DNA of 64,000 bases, from the sequence record PP129558. One strand, 5' to 3'. A program made the position numbers and the translations under genes. Below, one piece after another: positions 26,865 through 37,034 of the stretch (position 1 is its first letter; the number at the start of each line of letters is the position of its first letter). This DNA is from Escherichia phage vB_EcoM_01. The notes beneath the pieces are model-generated. The model was not told the origin of the DNA, made no database searches, and saw only the letters and a list, made by a program, of their open reading frames with translations.

Positions 26865-27374
26865 TTAAACAAAATAAAATGGTTGAGAGAGGCCCAAACG
26901 ATTCTTTGGGTCGTATACATACCAAGCGTATGCTGTCTTATCTGTTCCACCTGCAACAAACGAAGGCCGTTCTGAAAGGACTATAAGGTTTGTTGGTGGA
27001 TTCTTTTGATGGAACTCTCGTCGTTTCTTTGACTCCAAGAAGCCCAACCGAAGAAGATAAATACAAACATCCGCCTCTTTTAAGCTCTTTTCCAAGAACT
27101 CCATTGCTAACTTAAATGGAGGATTTGTGATTATAATGTCGGGACGATTTTCCCATTCATGACTAAAATAATCTTTACCTTCTTCAAGTTCGCAATATTC
27201 TGAACCTTCAGGAAAATGGCGATAAATCGCTTCAGCTTCACCTCTGCAAGGTTCTGCAAAAACCCAACCTTCTTCCTTTAGATTTTTGAAATCTATAACA
27301 CTAAACAAACTATTGATTGCTTTTTGCGGTGTCGGATAATAATCGCTCGTTGGGCGATCATAATCTAATGCCAT
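26865..27374 (-). CDS. DNA N6-adenine (amino) methyltransferase
   Basis: DYYPTPQ near N-terminus and catalytic NPPF motif. Confidence 0.6.
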   Translation of the reverse strand: MALDYDRPTSDYYPTPQKAINSLFSVIDFKNLKEEGWVFAEPCRGEAEAIYRHFPEGSEYCELEEGKDYFSHEWENRPDIIITNPPFKLAMEFLEKSLKEADVCIYLLRLGFLESKKRREFHQKNPPTNLIVLSERPSFVAGGTDKTAYAWYVYDPKNRLGLSQPFYFV

Positions 27375-27792
27375 CTAAAATCTCCTCTTTTGTAATATTA
27401 TCCAACTCTTTAAAGGATGAAATCTCGTTTAATAATCCTATTTGATCAGCCTCTAGAGGATAAGTGTTTTTATCTGTTTTTCTAGACAGAATATCTTCAA
27501 CAAACTTATCAATAGCCAAAGAAGAATCATAAAATTTTAAAAGTTGGTAATCCATAGGAGATATTTTGTCATCTCTTAGAAATATTTCTAACATGTTTTC
27601 AGGAGTATCGTGGTTTAGTTTATGTTCACCAAAAATATTAACTTCGTAAACATCTTTGCCAAACCAACGTTTTTTCTTTTCAACAGTATAGGTTTTTGCC
27701 ACCAGACCATCTAAACAGTTTCTTGCCCTCTTACATGTTTGACGGTAAGAGTGGATAGCGCCTTCAACAAACTTAGCAGGAACTTGTAACAT
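27358..27792 (-). CDS. Hypothetical protein
   Basis: ORF. Confidence 0.4.
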   Translation of the reverse strand: MLQVPAKFVEGAIHSYRQTCKRARNCLDGLVAKTYTVEKKKRWFGKDVYEVNIFGEHKLNHDTPENMLEIFLRDDKISPMDYQLLKFYDSSLAIDKFVEDILSRKTDKNTYPLEADQIGLLNEISSFKELDNITKEEILDGIRL

Positions 27793-27837
27793 TATTAATC
27801 TCCTATGTTTAAGAAATGCCCCCGAAGGGGCAGTTTG

Positions 27838-28530
27838 TTAAATAGCGGTTCCTTCGAAATCCGCCACATTTACGAGATTAATATTTTCAGATTTAGAAGT
27901 CAAGTTGTTTTCTGCAACAGATTTTTCTTCAGTATCCGCCTCGTTACCTGCCACGTTACGAGGTTCTTCTTCACCGTAGGGATTACCGAATTTCAAAAGA
28001 TTGATCAATTCTTCTTTGGAGAAGTTTTCTAAATCATCGTCTGTTAATTCAATAATCTCGTCTTGTTCTTCAATAAATGTTTCACCACCAGAAAAAGCAT
28101 CTCGCTTTTTAGCTACTTCCATAGCCTGTTCTGGTGTTGCCCCTGCATCAAGAGCAGCTAAAGCAAAGTCTGACCCACTTCCTACCGCATAATATTCTTC
28201 ATCAATCGGATATGCACGTGTTGGGTTGTTACCTTCGTGCAGGAAAATACGTCCGTCTGGATGAACAACAAGTGCAATAAACTCTTCATCTTCTTTATCT
28301 GGATCAGAGTGAATCATCAAACCAGGGACAGCATCACGTGCTGCTTCGCACTGTAGATTTTGTTCAAACCATTGAAAGAAAGAAAGCACGGAGGTCAGAC
28401 GACCAGCACCACCTACAAGGTAATCTCCAATTTTTCGGACCTTTTTGAAATTAATAGAATCTACACGTCCACCAAAAGTTACCTTACCATCACTCAAAAT
28501 CTTATTTTTGGTTGCAATAATTGTCGTCAC
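27838..28530 (-). CDS. HslV-like N-terminal-nucleophile peptidase (proteasome beta-like) with acidic C-terminal extension
   Basis: MTTIIATKN (Thr after Met), KKVRK, GGAGR, AVGSGSDFALAA resemble HslV. Confidence 0.65.
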   Translation of the reverse strand: MTTIIATKNKILSDGKVTFGGRVDSINFKKVRKIGDYLVGGAGRLTSVLSFFQWFEQNLQCEAARDAVPGLMIHSDPDKEDEEFIALVVHPDGRIFLHEGNNPTRAYPIDEEYYAVGSGSDFALAALDAGATPEQAMEVAKKRDAFSGGETFIEEQDEIIELTDDDLENFSKEELINLLKFGNPYGEEEPRNVAGNEADTEEKSVAENNLTSKSENINLVNVADFEGTAI

Positions 28531-29033
28531 TATTCTTCCTCCTCTGTTAATGTTTTAAGAACCGCTTTCCCACCATTCACATATTTGCAGATGTATTCTA
28601 TCGCACGTAGTGTCTCTTTGTCAACAAAAATTTGATCAGACGTTGCGAGCGGGTTATTAAGAAGATCACTGCAATCACGAACAAGCAGTGCTTTCTTATT
28701 AAACAAATTACTTAAGAACAGTAACTTCGCCTCTTCTTCTGTTATGTGCAGAAGGCTAGGATCGGAGCCAGCTATTCCTATTATACAATCAAACAAGCTT
28801 TCTTTACTATCAGAAAGTTCTTGAAAATGGTTTAAAAGCCAATCTTCTCCTAGACACCAACATTTAAACATTTCCAGTTTATCTCGGAGGGTCATATTCT
28901 CTAAAGTAAGAGCAATCTCTTTTTCAATATGGTTTACACAAATTTGACGAAATTCGTTAGGTTTTACGAGTCCCGTTTGATAGCACTCATCTATACCGCT
29001 TCTTCCGATAGCTATTGTTGCTACACCCATCAA
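28530..29033 (-). CDS. Hypothetical protein
   Basis: ORF. Confidence 0.4.
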   Translation of the reverse strand: MMGVATIAIGRSGIDECYQTGLVKPNEFRQICVNHIEKEIALTLENMTLRDKLEMFKCWCLGEDWLLNHFQELSDSKESLFDCIIGIAGSDPSLLHITEEEAKLLFLSNLFNKKALLVRDCSDLLNNPLATSDQIFVDKETLRAIEYICKYVNGGKAVLKTLTEEEE

Positions 29034-29065
29034 TCCTCCTTATAAATGGCTTCCCTGCCATGTTA

Positions 29066-29824
29066 TTAAATAAACACTTCAGTAATCAGTTTAGACAAAC
29101 GTCCACGTTTATTATCGTCCGTTGTCAGTTCAACGTATCCAATAAAATCTACAATTGGCTCACGAACACCTTCTTCATTTTCTGGATATAAAAGTTCCAA
29201 AATTTGATGCAGACCATTGCTACGTTTTTTAATTGCATATGTCTGGCGAACATCGCCTAATACAATAACATGCGTATTAATACCTGCACGTTCAATAAGA
29301 AGTTTAAGTGTTTCTGTTGACATAAGTTGTGCTTCGTCAATAATGACGATTGTATTATCCAGGGTGGCCCCCAACAAATAGTTAGGAATATTCAATTCGA
29401 TCTTACCTGATCCAATATCGTTTTCCAATTTGTTGGCTGTCATGAATTGCTGGAAAATACGTTTTGTAGATTCATAGTGTGCTGCTAGTTTATCTGTTTT
29501 ATCTCCAGACAAGAAACCAATCTGGTCATCTCCGACTTCAGTAGGGTTCTTGATAAAAAGTAGTTTACGGAAGTCTCCTGAACGAAGCATCTGCAAAGCT
29601 TTCCATAAAGCAACAGAGGTTTTACCAGTCCCTGCCGGAGCATTTACAACAGTCAGATCATTCCAAATCATGCTTTGAACAATCTTATTTTGGTCCCCTT
29701 CAGGCATAAATTCATCTAAACGGTAATCGTCATTACCTACCGCTTTTGCTGCATAACGGCTTTCAATCTTTGCTGAATTAGCCAGTTTCTGCCGTTGTGT
29801 TTTAGCTGCGGTTTTATTTCCCAT
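29066..29824 (-). CDS. phoH: PhoH-like P-loop ATPase
   Basis: Walker A APAGTGKTS; Walker B IIDEAQ; start set at internal ATG with AAAGGAG RBS. Confidence 0.75.
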   Translation of the reverse strand: MGNKTAAKTQRQKLANSAKIESRYAAKAVGNDDYRLDEFMPEGDQNKIVQSMIWNDLTVVNAPAGTGKTSVALWKALQMLRSGDFRKLLFIKNPTEVGDDQIGFLSGDKTDKLAAHYESTKRIFQQFMTANKLENDIGSGKIELNIPNYLLGATLDNTIVIIDEAQLMSTETLKLLIERAGINTHVIVLGDVRQTYAIKKRSNGLHQILELLYPENEEGVREPIVDFIGYVELTTDDNKRGRLSKLITEVFI

Positions 29825-29843
29825 AGTAGCACTCCTTTTAGAA

Positions 29844-29857
29844 GGGGCCGAAGCCCC
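29844..29857 (-). promoter_or_regulatory. Intercistronic GGGGCTTCGGCCCC hairpin, copy 2 of 3
   Basis: Identical to copies at 17803 and 36012. Confidence 0.5.
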
Positions 29858-29861
29858 TTTA

Positions 29862-30362
29862 TTAGTTGTAAGCATCTAAAGTTCCAGAAGTCAGAACTTT
29901 AATTACTCGTTCAGCACGGTTTGGCGTCTGGCTATACCATCGGCTTTTACGCATGTTTTTACCTGCTTGAGTATAATATGCATTGCTGATTAAAGTCAAG
30001 CTATTTTGAAACCCTTCAGCACCTTTTAACCCCAACTGGAAAACCATGTTGATTATTCCCAATTTACGAGTATCACTCACCTTATCATAGATTGGTGATA
30101 AGATAGCACTGTTTTTTATGTCTCTCTTCACTTTTGCAACATCATCAGCAAAGATTTGACGGGCTTCTTTTTCTGTGATAACTCCATTGGTCTTACGACC
30201 AAGAAGATTATCTAAGATTTGAATAGCCTTTGCTTTATCTTTTATTTTAGTCAGAAGGTGTCCTATGCCGACTGTCCAATAACCAAGATGGTCTTGATAA
30301 ACAGTAAGCTTCAGTCCTTCATCGACTCGTAGCATATCAAACTCATCTACTACTTTAGCCAT
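29862..30362 (-). CDS. T4-type lysozyme (endolysin, muramidase)
   Basis: LRVDEGLKLTVYQD ... GYWTVGIGHLLT and SRWYSQTPNRAERVI closely match T4 gene e lysozyme. Confidence 0.85.
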   Translation of the reverse strand: MAKVVDEFDMLRVDEGLKLTVYQDHLGYWTVGIGHLLTKIKDKAKAIQILDNLLGRKTNGVITEKEARQIFADDVAKVKRDIKNSAILSPIYDKVSDTRKLGIINMVFQLGLKGAEGFQNSLTLISNAYYTQAGKNMRKSRWYSQTPNRAERVIKVLTSGTLDAYN

Positions 30363-30364
30363 TT

Positions 30365-30520
30365 ACTTCCTATTCGTCGTCTCCTACTCCGTGATCCAAC
30401 TCATTAAACAACAGGTGTTCTGGAGAAGTTTCACGTTTTGGTTTCGTTTTCTTTATGTTGGACTTCAGCTCATTTGCCAAAGCACGAGAAAAGATCTTAC
30501 GTTTCTGTTTACTTTTCATA
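30365..30520 (-). CDS. Hypothetical small basic protein (51 aa)
   Basis: Small ORF filling gap; Lys-rich. Confidence 0.3.
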
Positions 30521-30524
30521 ATTG

Positions 30525-30785
30525 TTACTCCGCAATTTGAGCCATGAGATCACGCAGTTCGGTAAAACCGCCTACGTATGTTACCTCCCCGTTCACTTCA
30601 GACAGAATTTGTGGAAATGTGCGTGGAGGAACTCCGGTAAGATCAACAACTGTTTTAGTCATTGATTCTAAATCATAGTCTTGGTCAAGACTTAAATATT
30701 CAAACTGTTTATTGCGCATGGTTAATAGTTGTTTTGACATTTCACAAAATTGACAGTTAGGTTTACCAAAAATTACAAATTCCAT
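30525..30785 (-). CDS. Glutaredoxin (NrdH/Grx-like redoxin)
   Basis: CQFC active site, TFPQI, GGF motifs. Confidence 0.75.
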   Translation of the reverse strand: MEFVIFGKPNCQFCEMSKQLLTMRNKQFEYLSLDQDYDLESMTKTVVDLTGVPPRTFPQILSEVNGEVTYVGGFTELRDLMAQIAE

Positions 30786-31627
30786 TACCTCTCCTTATTA
30801 AGTAATACTGCTAAAGACTGTTCAATACCTTTATTTAAATCTGATTTTGTAAGATAGTGACTGGTTACTAGTTGTGACTTCACCGGACGTGCTGCTGGAG
30901 CATTATAGGTTGAAGCTGATACCGCCGATATCTTAACAGGTTCTGGCATCTGTGTCAAGATCTTTTCCGCAAACTCCGCCCAAGAAATAAGATGGCTTCC
31001 TGCAAAATGGTAAGTCTTAACAGACCTTGACCAACCTGTTTTTAATACTTCAAAAATAGCTTCTGCTAAATCTGGAGCATATGTTGGACAAGAGAACTGA
31101 TCAGCAACAATAATAAAATCACGTTGTCCATCATTATAGCGAGACAACATGGTTTTTAGAAAGTTATTTCCAAATTCACTATATACCGAGGCTGTTCGAA
31201 TAATATATGCATTTGGATTAACTCCTCGCACCATTTTTTCACCAAGTTCTTTCGTATACCCATAATTGTTTATTGGGTTAGGTGTAGTATCTTCAAAAAT
31301 AGGATGAGAATAATTAAAAATATAGTCTGTAGAAATATGCACAAAATCAATTCTAAGTTTGCTGCACACTGCTGCAATGTTTGCAGGTCCATACGCATTA
31401 ACAGCCAAAGCAGTAGCAAAATCCTGTTCAGCTTTATCTACAGCCGTATAAGCGGCGCAATTAATAACGCCATCTACATAATCTTCAACAATAGCGTTTC
31501 GCACAGCTTCAAAATTTGTAATATCTACACGTTCTTTAGGATAAATTAAAGATACATTTGAAGGAGCCACTTTACGTAAAGCTTGTCCCAGTTGTCCATT
31601 ACCACCCAATACCAGATATGTTAGCAT
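30785..31627 (-). CDS. rmlD: dTDP-4-dehydrorhamnose reductase
   Basis: N-terminal GGNGQLG Rossmann motif, YGYTK (YxxxK), last in rml gene order. Confidence 0.75.
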   Translation of the reverse strand: MLTYLVLGGNGQLGQALRKVAPSNVSLIYPKERVDITNFEAVRNAIVEDYVDGVINCAAYTAVDKAEQDFATALAVNAYGPANIAAVCSKLRIDFVHISTDYIFNYSHPIFEDTTPNPINNYGYTKELGEKMVRGVNPNAYIIRTASVYSEFGNNFLKTMLSRYNDGQRDFIIVADQFSCPTYAPDLAEAIFEVLKTGWSRSVKTYHFAGSHLISWAEFAEKILTQMPEPVKISAVSASTYNAPAARPVKSQLVTSHYLTKSDLNKGIEQSLAVLLNKER

Positions 31628-32187
31628 ACACCCTCGCTACGTAACTGTTGAAAAGATTTAGCCATTGCATCTTTTGTTGATAGAATAGGTTTAAAACCTT
31701 CGTCAAAAATCATATCGAAGCCCCAATCGATCCCTATATCAGGATCATCCCAACGTAAACTTTGTTCACTAGAAGGGTCGTATGGAGTTGTGCATTTGTA
31801 TTCAAAGATAGCATCCATACTCAAAACTATAAAACCATGTGCCAAACCAGGTGGAAGCCAAAACTGCGTATGGTGCCGTGCACGAAGAACAACACCGTCC
31901 CAAGCACCGTAAGTTGGACTATCTTTACGTAAATCTACAGCGAAATCCAAGACTTCTCCGCTTACACAACGAACAAGCTTACCTTGCGGGTTATTTGTTT
32001 GAAAGTGCATTCCTCGCAAAACACCGAAGTTTGATTTAGACATGTTATCTTGAACGAAAGTTTGTCTACCAATGATATCTTCGTATTTTTGTTCATTATA
32101 TGTTTCTAAAAAGAAACCACGATCATCTTTATAAACATCTGGTTTGATAATTACCGCACCTTCAATTTTTGTTTTTTCTACTTTCAT
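31621..32187 (-). CDS. rmlC: dTDP-4-dehydrorhamnose 3,5-epimerase
   Basis: [15 protein letters not shown] motif; ATGA start/stop overlap with rmlA. Confidence 0.7.
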   Translation of the reverse strand: MKVEKTKIEGAVIIKPDVYKDDRGFFLETYNEQKYEDIIGRQTFVQDNMSKSNFGVLRGMHFQTNNPQGKLVRCVSGEVLDFAVDLRKDSPTYGAWDGVVLRARHHTQFWLPPGLAHGFIVLSMDAIFEYKCTTPYDPSSEQSLRWDDPDIGIDWGFDMIFDEGFKPILSTKDAMAKSFQQLRSEGVC

Positions 32188-33062
32188 TTTCTCTCCGCTA
32201 ATTTGAGTAGGTATTGCCCGTACTCTGTTTTCTTCAGTGAGTTTCCATGATATACCAAAGTCTCTAAAGAAATCCACCCTTTTTTGAAAGCAATTTCTTC
32301 CAGGCACGCAATCTTCAATCCTTGACGGTTCTCAATAGTCTGCACGAATTGACCAGCTTCCATCAGACTGGCGTGTGTTCCTGTGTCAAGCCAAGTAAAT
32401 CCTCGTCCGAGAACTTCCACTTGTAACTTCCTGTCTTCGAGGTAGCTGCGATTGATATCTGTGATCTCCAGTTCTCCACGCGCGGAAGGGGTTACTTCTA
32501 ATGCACGTTGAACAACAGAGTTATCATAGAAATACAAACCTGTGACAGCATAATCTGATTTAGGATTTTCAGGTTTCTCTTCAATAGAAATAGCTTGACG
32601 ATTACTCCCAAATTCAACCACACCAAATCGTTCAGGATCTTTCACCAAATACCCGAAGATACAAGCTCCGCCACAAACATCTACCATCTCACTGGCGTTA
32701 ATCAGTAGTTTACCAAAGCTTTGTCCGAAGAATAGGTTGTCACCTAAAATAAGAGCAACAGAGTCTTCTCCGATAAAATCTTTACCGATGATGAAAGCGT
32801 CCGCAAGACCTCGTGGCTCGGATTGGATTGCGTAAGTGAGTTTTATCCCAAACATAGACCCATCTCCGAGAAGATACTCAAAGTCTTCCTGATCGCCTGG
32901 TGTGGTGATGATTAAGATATCCTTAATGTCAGCCAACATCAATACCGATAAAGGGTAGTAGATCATGGGTTTGTCATACACAGGGAGCAATTGCTTGCTC
33001 ACACTGCGTGTTACCGGATGAAGGCGGGTTCCACTTCCTCCCGCCAAAATAATACCTTTCAT
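32184..33062 (-). CDS. rmlA: Glucose-1-phosphate thymidylyltransferase
   Basis: [19 protein letters not shown]-terminus. Confidence 0.85.
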   Translation of the reverse strand: MKGIILAGGSGTRLHPVTRSVSKQLLPVYDKPMIYYPLSVLMLADIKDILIITTPGDQEDFEYLLGDGSMFGIKLTYAIQSEPRGLADAFIIGKDFIGEDSVALILGDNLFFGQSFGKLLINASEMVDVCGGACIFGYLVKDPERFGVVEFGSNRQAISIEEKPENPKSDYAVTGLYFYDNSVVQRALEVTPSARGELEITDINRSYLEDRKLQVEVLGRGFTWLDTGTHASLMEAGQFVQTIENRQGLKIACLEEIAFKKGWISLETLVYHGNSLKKTEYGQYLLKLAERK

Positions 33063-33070
33063 AACCCTCC

Positions 33071-34063
33071 TTAAATCTTCTCACTCCACCATTGAGGGTT
33101 GTTTAAGTACCATTCAATCGTTGAGTAGAGATCTTGTTCAAATGTAGAGTTTGCACTCCAACCCAGTTCAGACTCTATTTTAGAAGGATTGATTTCATAA
33201 CGCAAGTCATGTCCTTTACGATCTTCAACAAAAGTTATCAAGTTGGAAGAAGGGTAGGTTCCTGCTTCTGGATGTACAGTATCCATGTAGTCACAAACCA
33301 TATAGATGATCTCCATATTGGTTTTGGGATTACGTGTTCCAACATTATACGTTTGACCTGGTTCTCCACCTGTTGCCACTTGAAGAATAGCTCGCGCATG
33401 ATCCTCAACAAAAAGCCAGTCTCGCACCTGATCGCCTTTACCATACACCGGAATCTCTTTATTCGTCAAGATACTTGTGATGATTTTTGGGATCAGCTTT
33501 TCTGGATGTTGATAAGGTCCAAAGTTATTGGAGCAGTTGGTTATCACAACAGGTAAACCGTAGGTACGGTACCAAGCTTTCACAAGATGGTCAGATGCTG
33601 CCTTAGACGCACTGTACGGGCTTGAAGGGGCATAAGCTGTCTCTTCGGTAAAGGGAACGCCAGAGTCTGCCATATCACCGTACACTTCGTCTGTGGAGAC
33701 GTGTACGAACATCTTCAGTTTATTTTTTGGGAGGAGCCTTGCAGCTTCCAATAAATTGTATGTACCAATAATATTGGAGTCGATGAAAACTCGTGGATTC
33801 TTGATAGAATTATCCACATGACTCTCTGCCGCTAAGTGAATGATGAAATCGGGATTGCACTCTACTACTAAACTTTTTACTTGGGCTTCGTTTGCCAAAT
33901 CTGTCATGCTTAGTTTAACGTGAGTGATATCGCCTACATTCTCAATATCTGCTGCATAGCTCATCTTATCAACGACAAAAACTTCGTTATTAGGATCTTG
34001 ACAAAGAGAGCGCACCACGGCACTCCCAATAAAACCAAGACCACCTGTTACCAGATAGCGCAT
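33071..34063 (-). CDS. rmlB: dTDP-glucose 4,6-dehydratase
   Basis: TGGLGFIGS Rossmann motif; YSASK catalytic motif. Confidence 0.85.
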   Translation of the reverse strand: MRYLVTGGLGFIGSAVVRSLCQDPNNEVFVVDKMSYAADIENVGDITHVKLSMTDLANEAQVKSLVVECNPDFIIHLAAESHVDNSIKNPRVFIDSNIIGTYNLLEAARLLPKNKLKMFVHVSTDEVYGDMADSGVPFTEETAYAPSSPYSASKAASDHLVKAWYRTYGLPVVITNCSNNFGPYQHPEKLIPKIITSILTNKEIPVYGKGDQVRDWLFVEDHARAILQVATGGEPGQTYNVGTRNPKTNMEIIYMVCDYMDTVHPEAGTYPSSNLITFVEDRKGHDLRYEINPSKIESELGWSANSTFEQDLYSTIEWYLNNPQWWSEKI

Positions 34064-34072
34064 CAGTTCTCC

Positions 34073-34399
34073 TTACCAGACGTTTTGTGATACTAATGTT
34101 TCAGTTTCAATATTATACTTATTAAGCAGTTCAAAATAGATCTCATTCGCTTTTTTATTTAAGCTTGTGAGGTCTATGGCACAAGCACCACAGCCGCTAC
34201 ACAGCTTGACACCGAAGACACAATCTTCAGGATCTGCATCGTACCACGGGGAAATGTTGTCCAAGCCCAAACCTTCGCAGAGAAACCAATTAAAGTCCCC
34301 ATCGAACTGGTCTTCAACTTGTGGGTCGTCTCCAAATATTTCTTTCCATTTATCATATGGTGCACCCTGTAACATATGCCATTCGATATCAATACCCAT
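34073..34399 (-). CDS. Hypothetical Cys-rich protein
   Basis: CSGCGAC cluster. Confidence 0.4.
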   Translation of the reverse strand: MGIDIEWHMLQGAPYDKWKEIFGDDPQVEDQFDGDFNWFLCEGLGLDNISPWYDADPEDCVFGVKLCSGCGACAIDLTSLNKKANEIYFELLNKYNIETETLVSQNVW

Positions 34400-34553
34400 T
34401 ATTCATCTCCTCCTCTTCTTGAGCAGCTTTAATAATTGCTTCATAAATATCGTAAGCAATACCTCCACAACATCTAGCTTCGAAAGCTATTGCTTCTGCA
34501 ATGTGATCTGTTAATTCTCGTGGAATGCGGACATACTCTTTTTCACTCTCCAT
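34389..34553 (-). CDS. Hypothetical small acidic protein (54 aa)
   Basis: Small ORF overlapping neighbours at both ends. Confidence 0.3.
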   Translation of the reverse strand: MESEKEYVRIPRELTDHIAEAIAFEARCCGGIAYDIYEAIIKAAQEEEEMNNGY

Positions 34554-34695
34554 CTTCTACCTCCAACCCTTCTTTTTCAAAGACTACTACTCGTCCCTCA
34601 CCATGACAATTCAGGCAAGGAAATGTTACCATAATTTCCACTTCCATCTGTCCCGTCCCACCGCACACAGGACAAAAAATAAGTTTTTCAGCCAC
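34543..34695 (-). CDS. Small DnaJ-type zinc-finger protein (50 aa)
   Basis: CPVCGGTG and CLNCHGEG; GTG start after AAGGAGG. Confidence 0.35.
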   Translation of the reverse strand: MAEKLIFCPVCGGTGQMEVEIMVTFPCLNCHGEGRVVVFEKEGLEVEDGE

Positions 34696-34904
34696 TATTC
34701 CTCCTTAATTATTTCAAACTTGGCAACACCATTTACAATAATATGACCACAAGACATAACTCCTAGCCAAGGATCGCCGTTTTTCTTCAGGCGTTTACCG
34801 AATACATCACAAAAACCATTCTTCATTTCAGAGGCTTCATAAGAAGCCCCTTTGTCAAAAACGTCTTTGAATGTGTCGATTATACCAACACATTTCAAAA
34901 TCAT
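34695..34904 (-). CDS. Hypothetical protein
   Basis: ORF. Confidence 0.35.
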   Translation of the reverse strand: MILKCVGIIDTFKDVFDKGASYEASEMKNGFCDVFGKRLKKNGDPWLGVMSCGHIIVNGVAKFEIIKEE

Positions 34905-35989
34905 TCGAAGTCAAGCTCCTCATCATCAGAGAGATCTTTGTTAGCTGAATTCAATTTGTAGTTAGTTAACTGAATCTCTTGGGCTGCTGACTGAATCAAA
35001 TCAGGATTCAACCATTTTTCCATCCAAGCTAAAGGACTATGTTTAGGTGCTTTAAACTTGGCTTTCATTTTCAATCGACGATAAATAGGGGCAGCATTGA
35101 AATAAACCCACTGTTTAGACAATTCGGCGTTAAGACCTACAATAAAACGCCCTTCACTAAACAGGTAGTCACACCACTGTTCCTCTTGTTCAACAACAGT
35201 GTCGAGAATCAAAGTCAACTCTTCGATATTGTCTTCGTAAATTTTACGCCAAATTGGGTCATGCATCAATGCATCAATTACAGCATAATCCATCTTAACA
35301 TGCAAGATTTCATCTAGCATAATTTTCTGGATCAGTTTACAAGCCCCAACAAACAGTTGTTGTTCTGCCATAGCAAAAGTAGCAGAGAAGGAAGATATAA
35401 ACTGAATACCTTCTAATCCAATCAGGGCTACCATCCCTTTAAGAATCAGCAGTCGAAGTTCATCGTTAGCTTCAATCAATCCTAGAGCATACTTATGACC
35501 AGCTTCTTCCAACTGACCCATGATATCAGCAATGATACCCATACGATTGAAAATTTTATCATTAATCATAATCTGATTGATGACTTCGATTGGATCTGGA
35601 GTACATTGACGGATTATTTCAGAATACGTTAACGCATGGAGAACTTCCATTTCACTCTGCTTCATCATCATAGCACAGGCTTCATTGTTACTCAAGAATG
35701 GAGAGAACAAAGTGATGATTGATTTTGCAAGAGAATCATTTTCCCATTGGAACGATAAGTTTTTAATCATAACATCATAGTTGTTTTTAGAACAAGCTAC
35801 GAAATCTTTACGTGTCTGATCCAGATTGACTTCATTCTCATCCCAATCTTGTGCTTTTTGAAGTTTGTAGAGTTTGTGCATCTCTGGATAAGTTACGTTA
35901 ACAGAATCAAAGATCCCTAATTGTTCCCCTAAAAATACTGGATATTTTCCTGTTTTGTAAACTTCATTGTGTAAATTAATTGCTGCCAT
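34901..35989 (-). CDS. nrdB: Ribonucleotide reductase small (beta) subunit
   Basis: Size and position next to nrdA; assigned mainly by context and family resemblance. Confidence 0.75.
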   Translation of the reverse strand: MAAINLHNEVYKTGKYPVFLGEQLGIFDSVNVTYPEMHKLYKLQKAQDWDENEVNLDQTRKDFVACSKNNYDVMIKNLSFQWENDSLAKSIITLFSPFLSNNEACAMMMKQSEMEVLHALTYSEIIRQCTPDPIEVINQIMINDKIFNRMGIIADIMGQLEEAGHKYALGLIEANDELRLLILKGMVALIGLEGIQFISSFSATFAMAEQQLFVGACKLIQKIMLDEILHVKMDYAVIDALMHDPIWRKIYEDNIEELTLILDTVVEQEEQWCDYLFSEGRFIVGLNAELSKQWVYFNAAPIYRRLKMKAKFKAPKHSPLAWMEKWLNPDLIQSAAQEIQLTNYKLNSANKDLSDDEELDFE

Positions 35990-36011
35990 TTAAAATTCTC
36001 CTCAATAAAAA

Positions 36012-36025
36012 GGGGCCGAAGCCCC
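36012..36025 (-). promoter_or_regulatory. Intercistronic GGGGCTTCGGCCCC hairpin between nrdA and nrdB, copy 3 of 3
   Basis: Hairpin + T-run then GAGGAG RBS and nrdB ATG; duplicated at 37013-37026 by assembly. Confidence 0.5.
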
Positions 36026-36123
36026 TAGTTTCATCACATCTTGCAAGCTTCACAACCACCATCAGAATCTTCTTGTGCTAAAGAGTCTGCTGATTTTGTT
36101 CTACTATTAAGGTAATACAATGA

Positions 36124-36975
36124 NNNNNNNNNNNNNNNNNNNNNNNNNNNNNNNNNNNNNNNNNNNNNNNNNNNNNNNNNNNNNNNNNNNNNNNNNNNNN
36201 NNNNNNNNNNNNNNNNNNNNNNNNNNNNNNNNNNNNNNNNNNNNNNNNNNNNNNNNNNNNNNNNNNNNNNNNNNNNNNNNNNNNNNNNNNNNNNNNNNNN
36301 NNNNNNNNNNNNNNNNNNNNNNNNNNNNNNNNNNNNNNNNNNNNNNNNNNNNNNNNNNNNNNNNNNNNNNNNNNNNNNNNNNNNNNNNNNNNNNNNNNNN
36401 NNNNNNNNNNNNNNNNNNNNNNNNNNNNNNNNNNNNNNNNNNNNNNNNNNNNNNNNNNNNNNNNNNNNNNNNNNNNNNNNNNNNNNNNNNNNNNNNNNNN
36501 NNNNNNNNNNNNNNNNNNNNNNNNNNNNNNNNNNNNNNNNNNNNNNNNNNNNNNNNNNNNNNNNNNNNNNNNNNNNNNNNNNNNNNNNNNNNNNNNNNNN
36601 NNNNNNNNNNNNNNNNNNNNNNNNNNNNNNNNNNNNNNNNNNNNNNNNNNNNNNNNNNNNNNNNNNNNNNNNNNNNNNNNNNNNNNNNNNNNNNNNNNNN
36701 NNNNNNNNNNNNNNNNNNNNNNNNNNNNNNNNNNNNNNNNNNNNNNNNNNNNNNNNNNNNNNNNNNNNNNNNNNNNNNNNNNNNNNNNNNNNNNNNNNNN
36801 NNNNNNNNNNNNNNNNNNNNNNNNNNNNNNNNNNNNNNNNNNNNNNNNNNNNNNNNNNNNNNNNNNNNNNNNNNNNNNNNNNNNNNNNNNNNNNNNNNNN
36901 NNNNNNNNNNNNNNNNNNNNNNNNNNNNNNNNNNNNNNNNNNNNNNNNNNNNNNNNNNNNNNNNNNNNNNNNNNN
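36124..36975. other. Assembly gap (N run) flanked by 148-bp exact duplication
   Basis: 35976-36123 equals 36976-37123. Confidence 0.8.
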
Positions 36976-37034
36976 ATTAATTGCTGCCATTTAAAATTCT
37001 CCTCAATAAAAAGGGGCCGAAGCCCCTAGTTTCA

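Noticed and set aside
36034-36990. ORFs 36034..36990 (-) and 36120..36980 (+) spanning the second N gap
   Set aside because: Same N-run artifact; the real nrdA C-terminus is at 37035 and its duplicate flank is at 36034.
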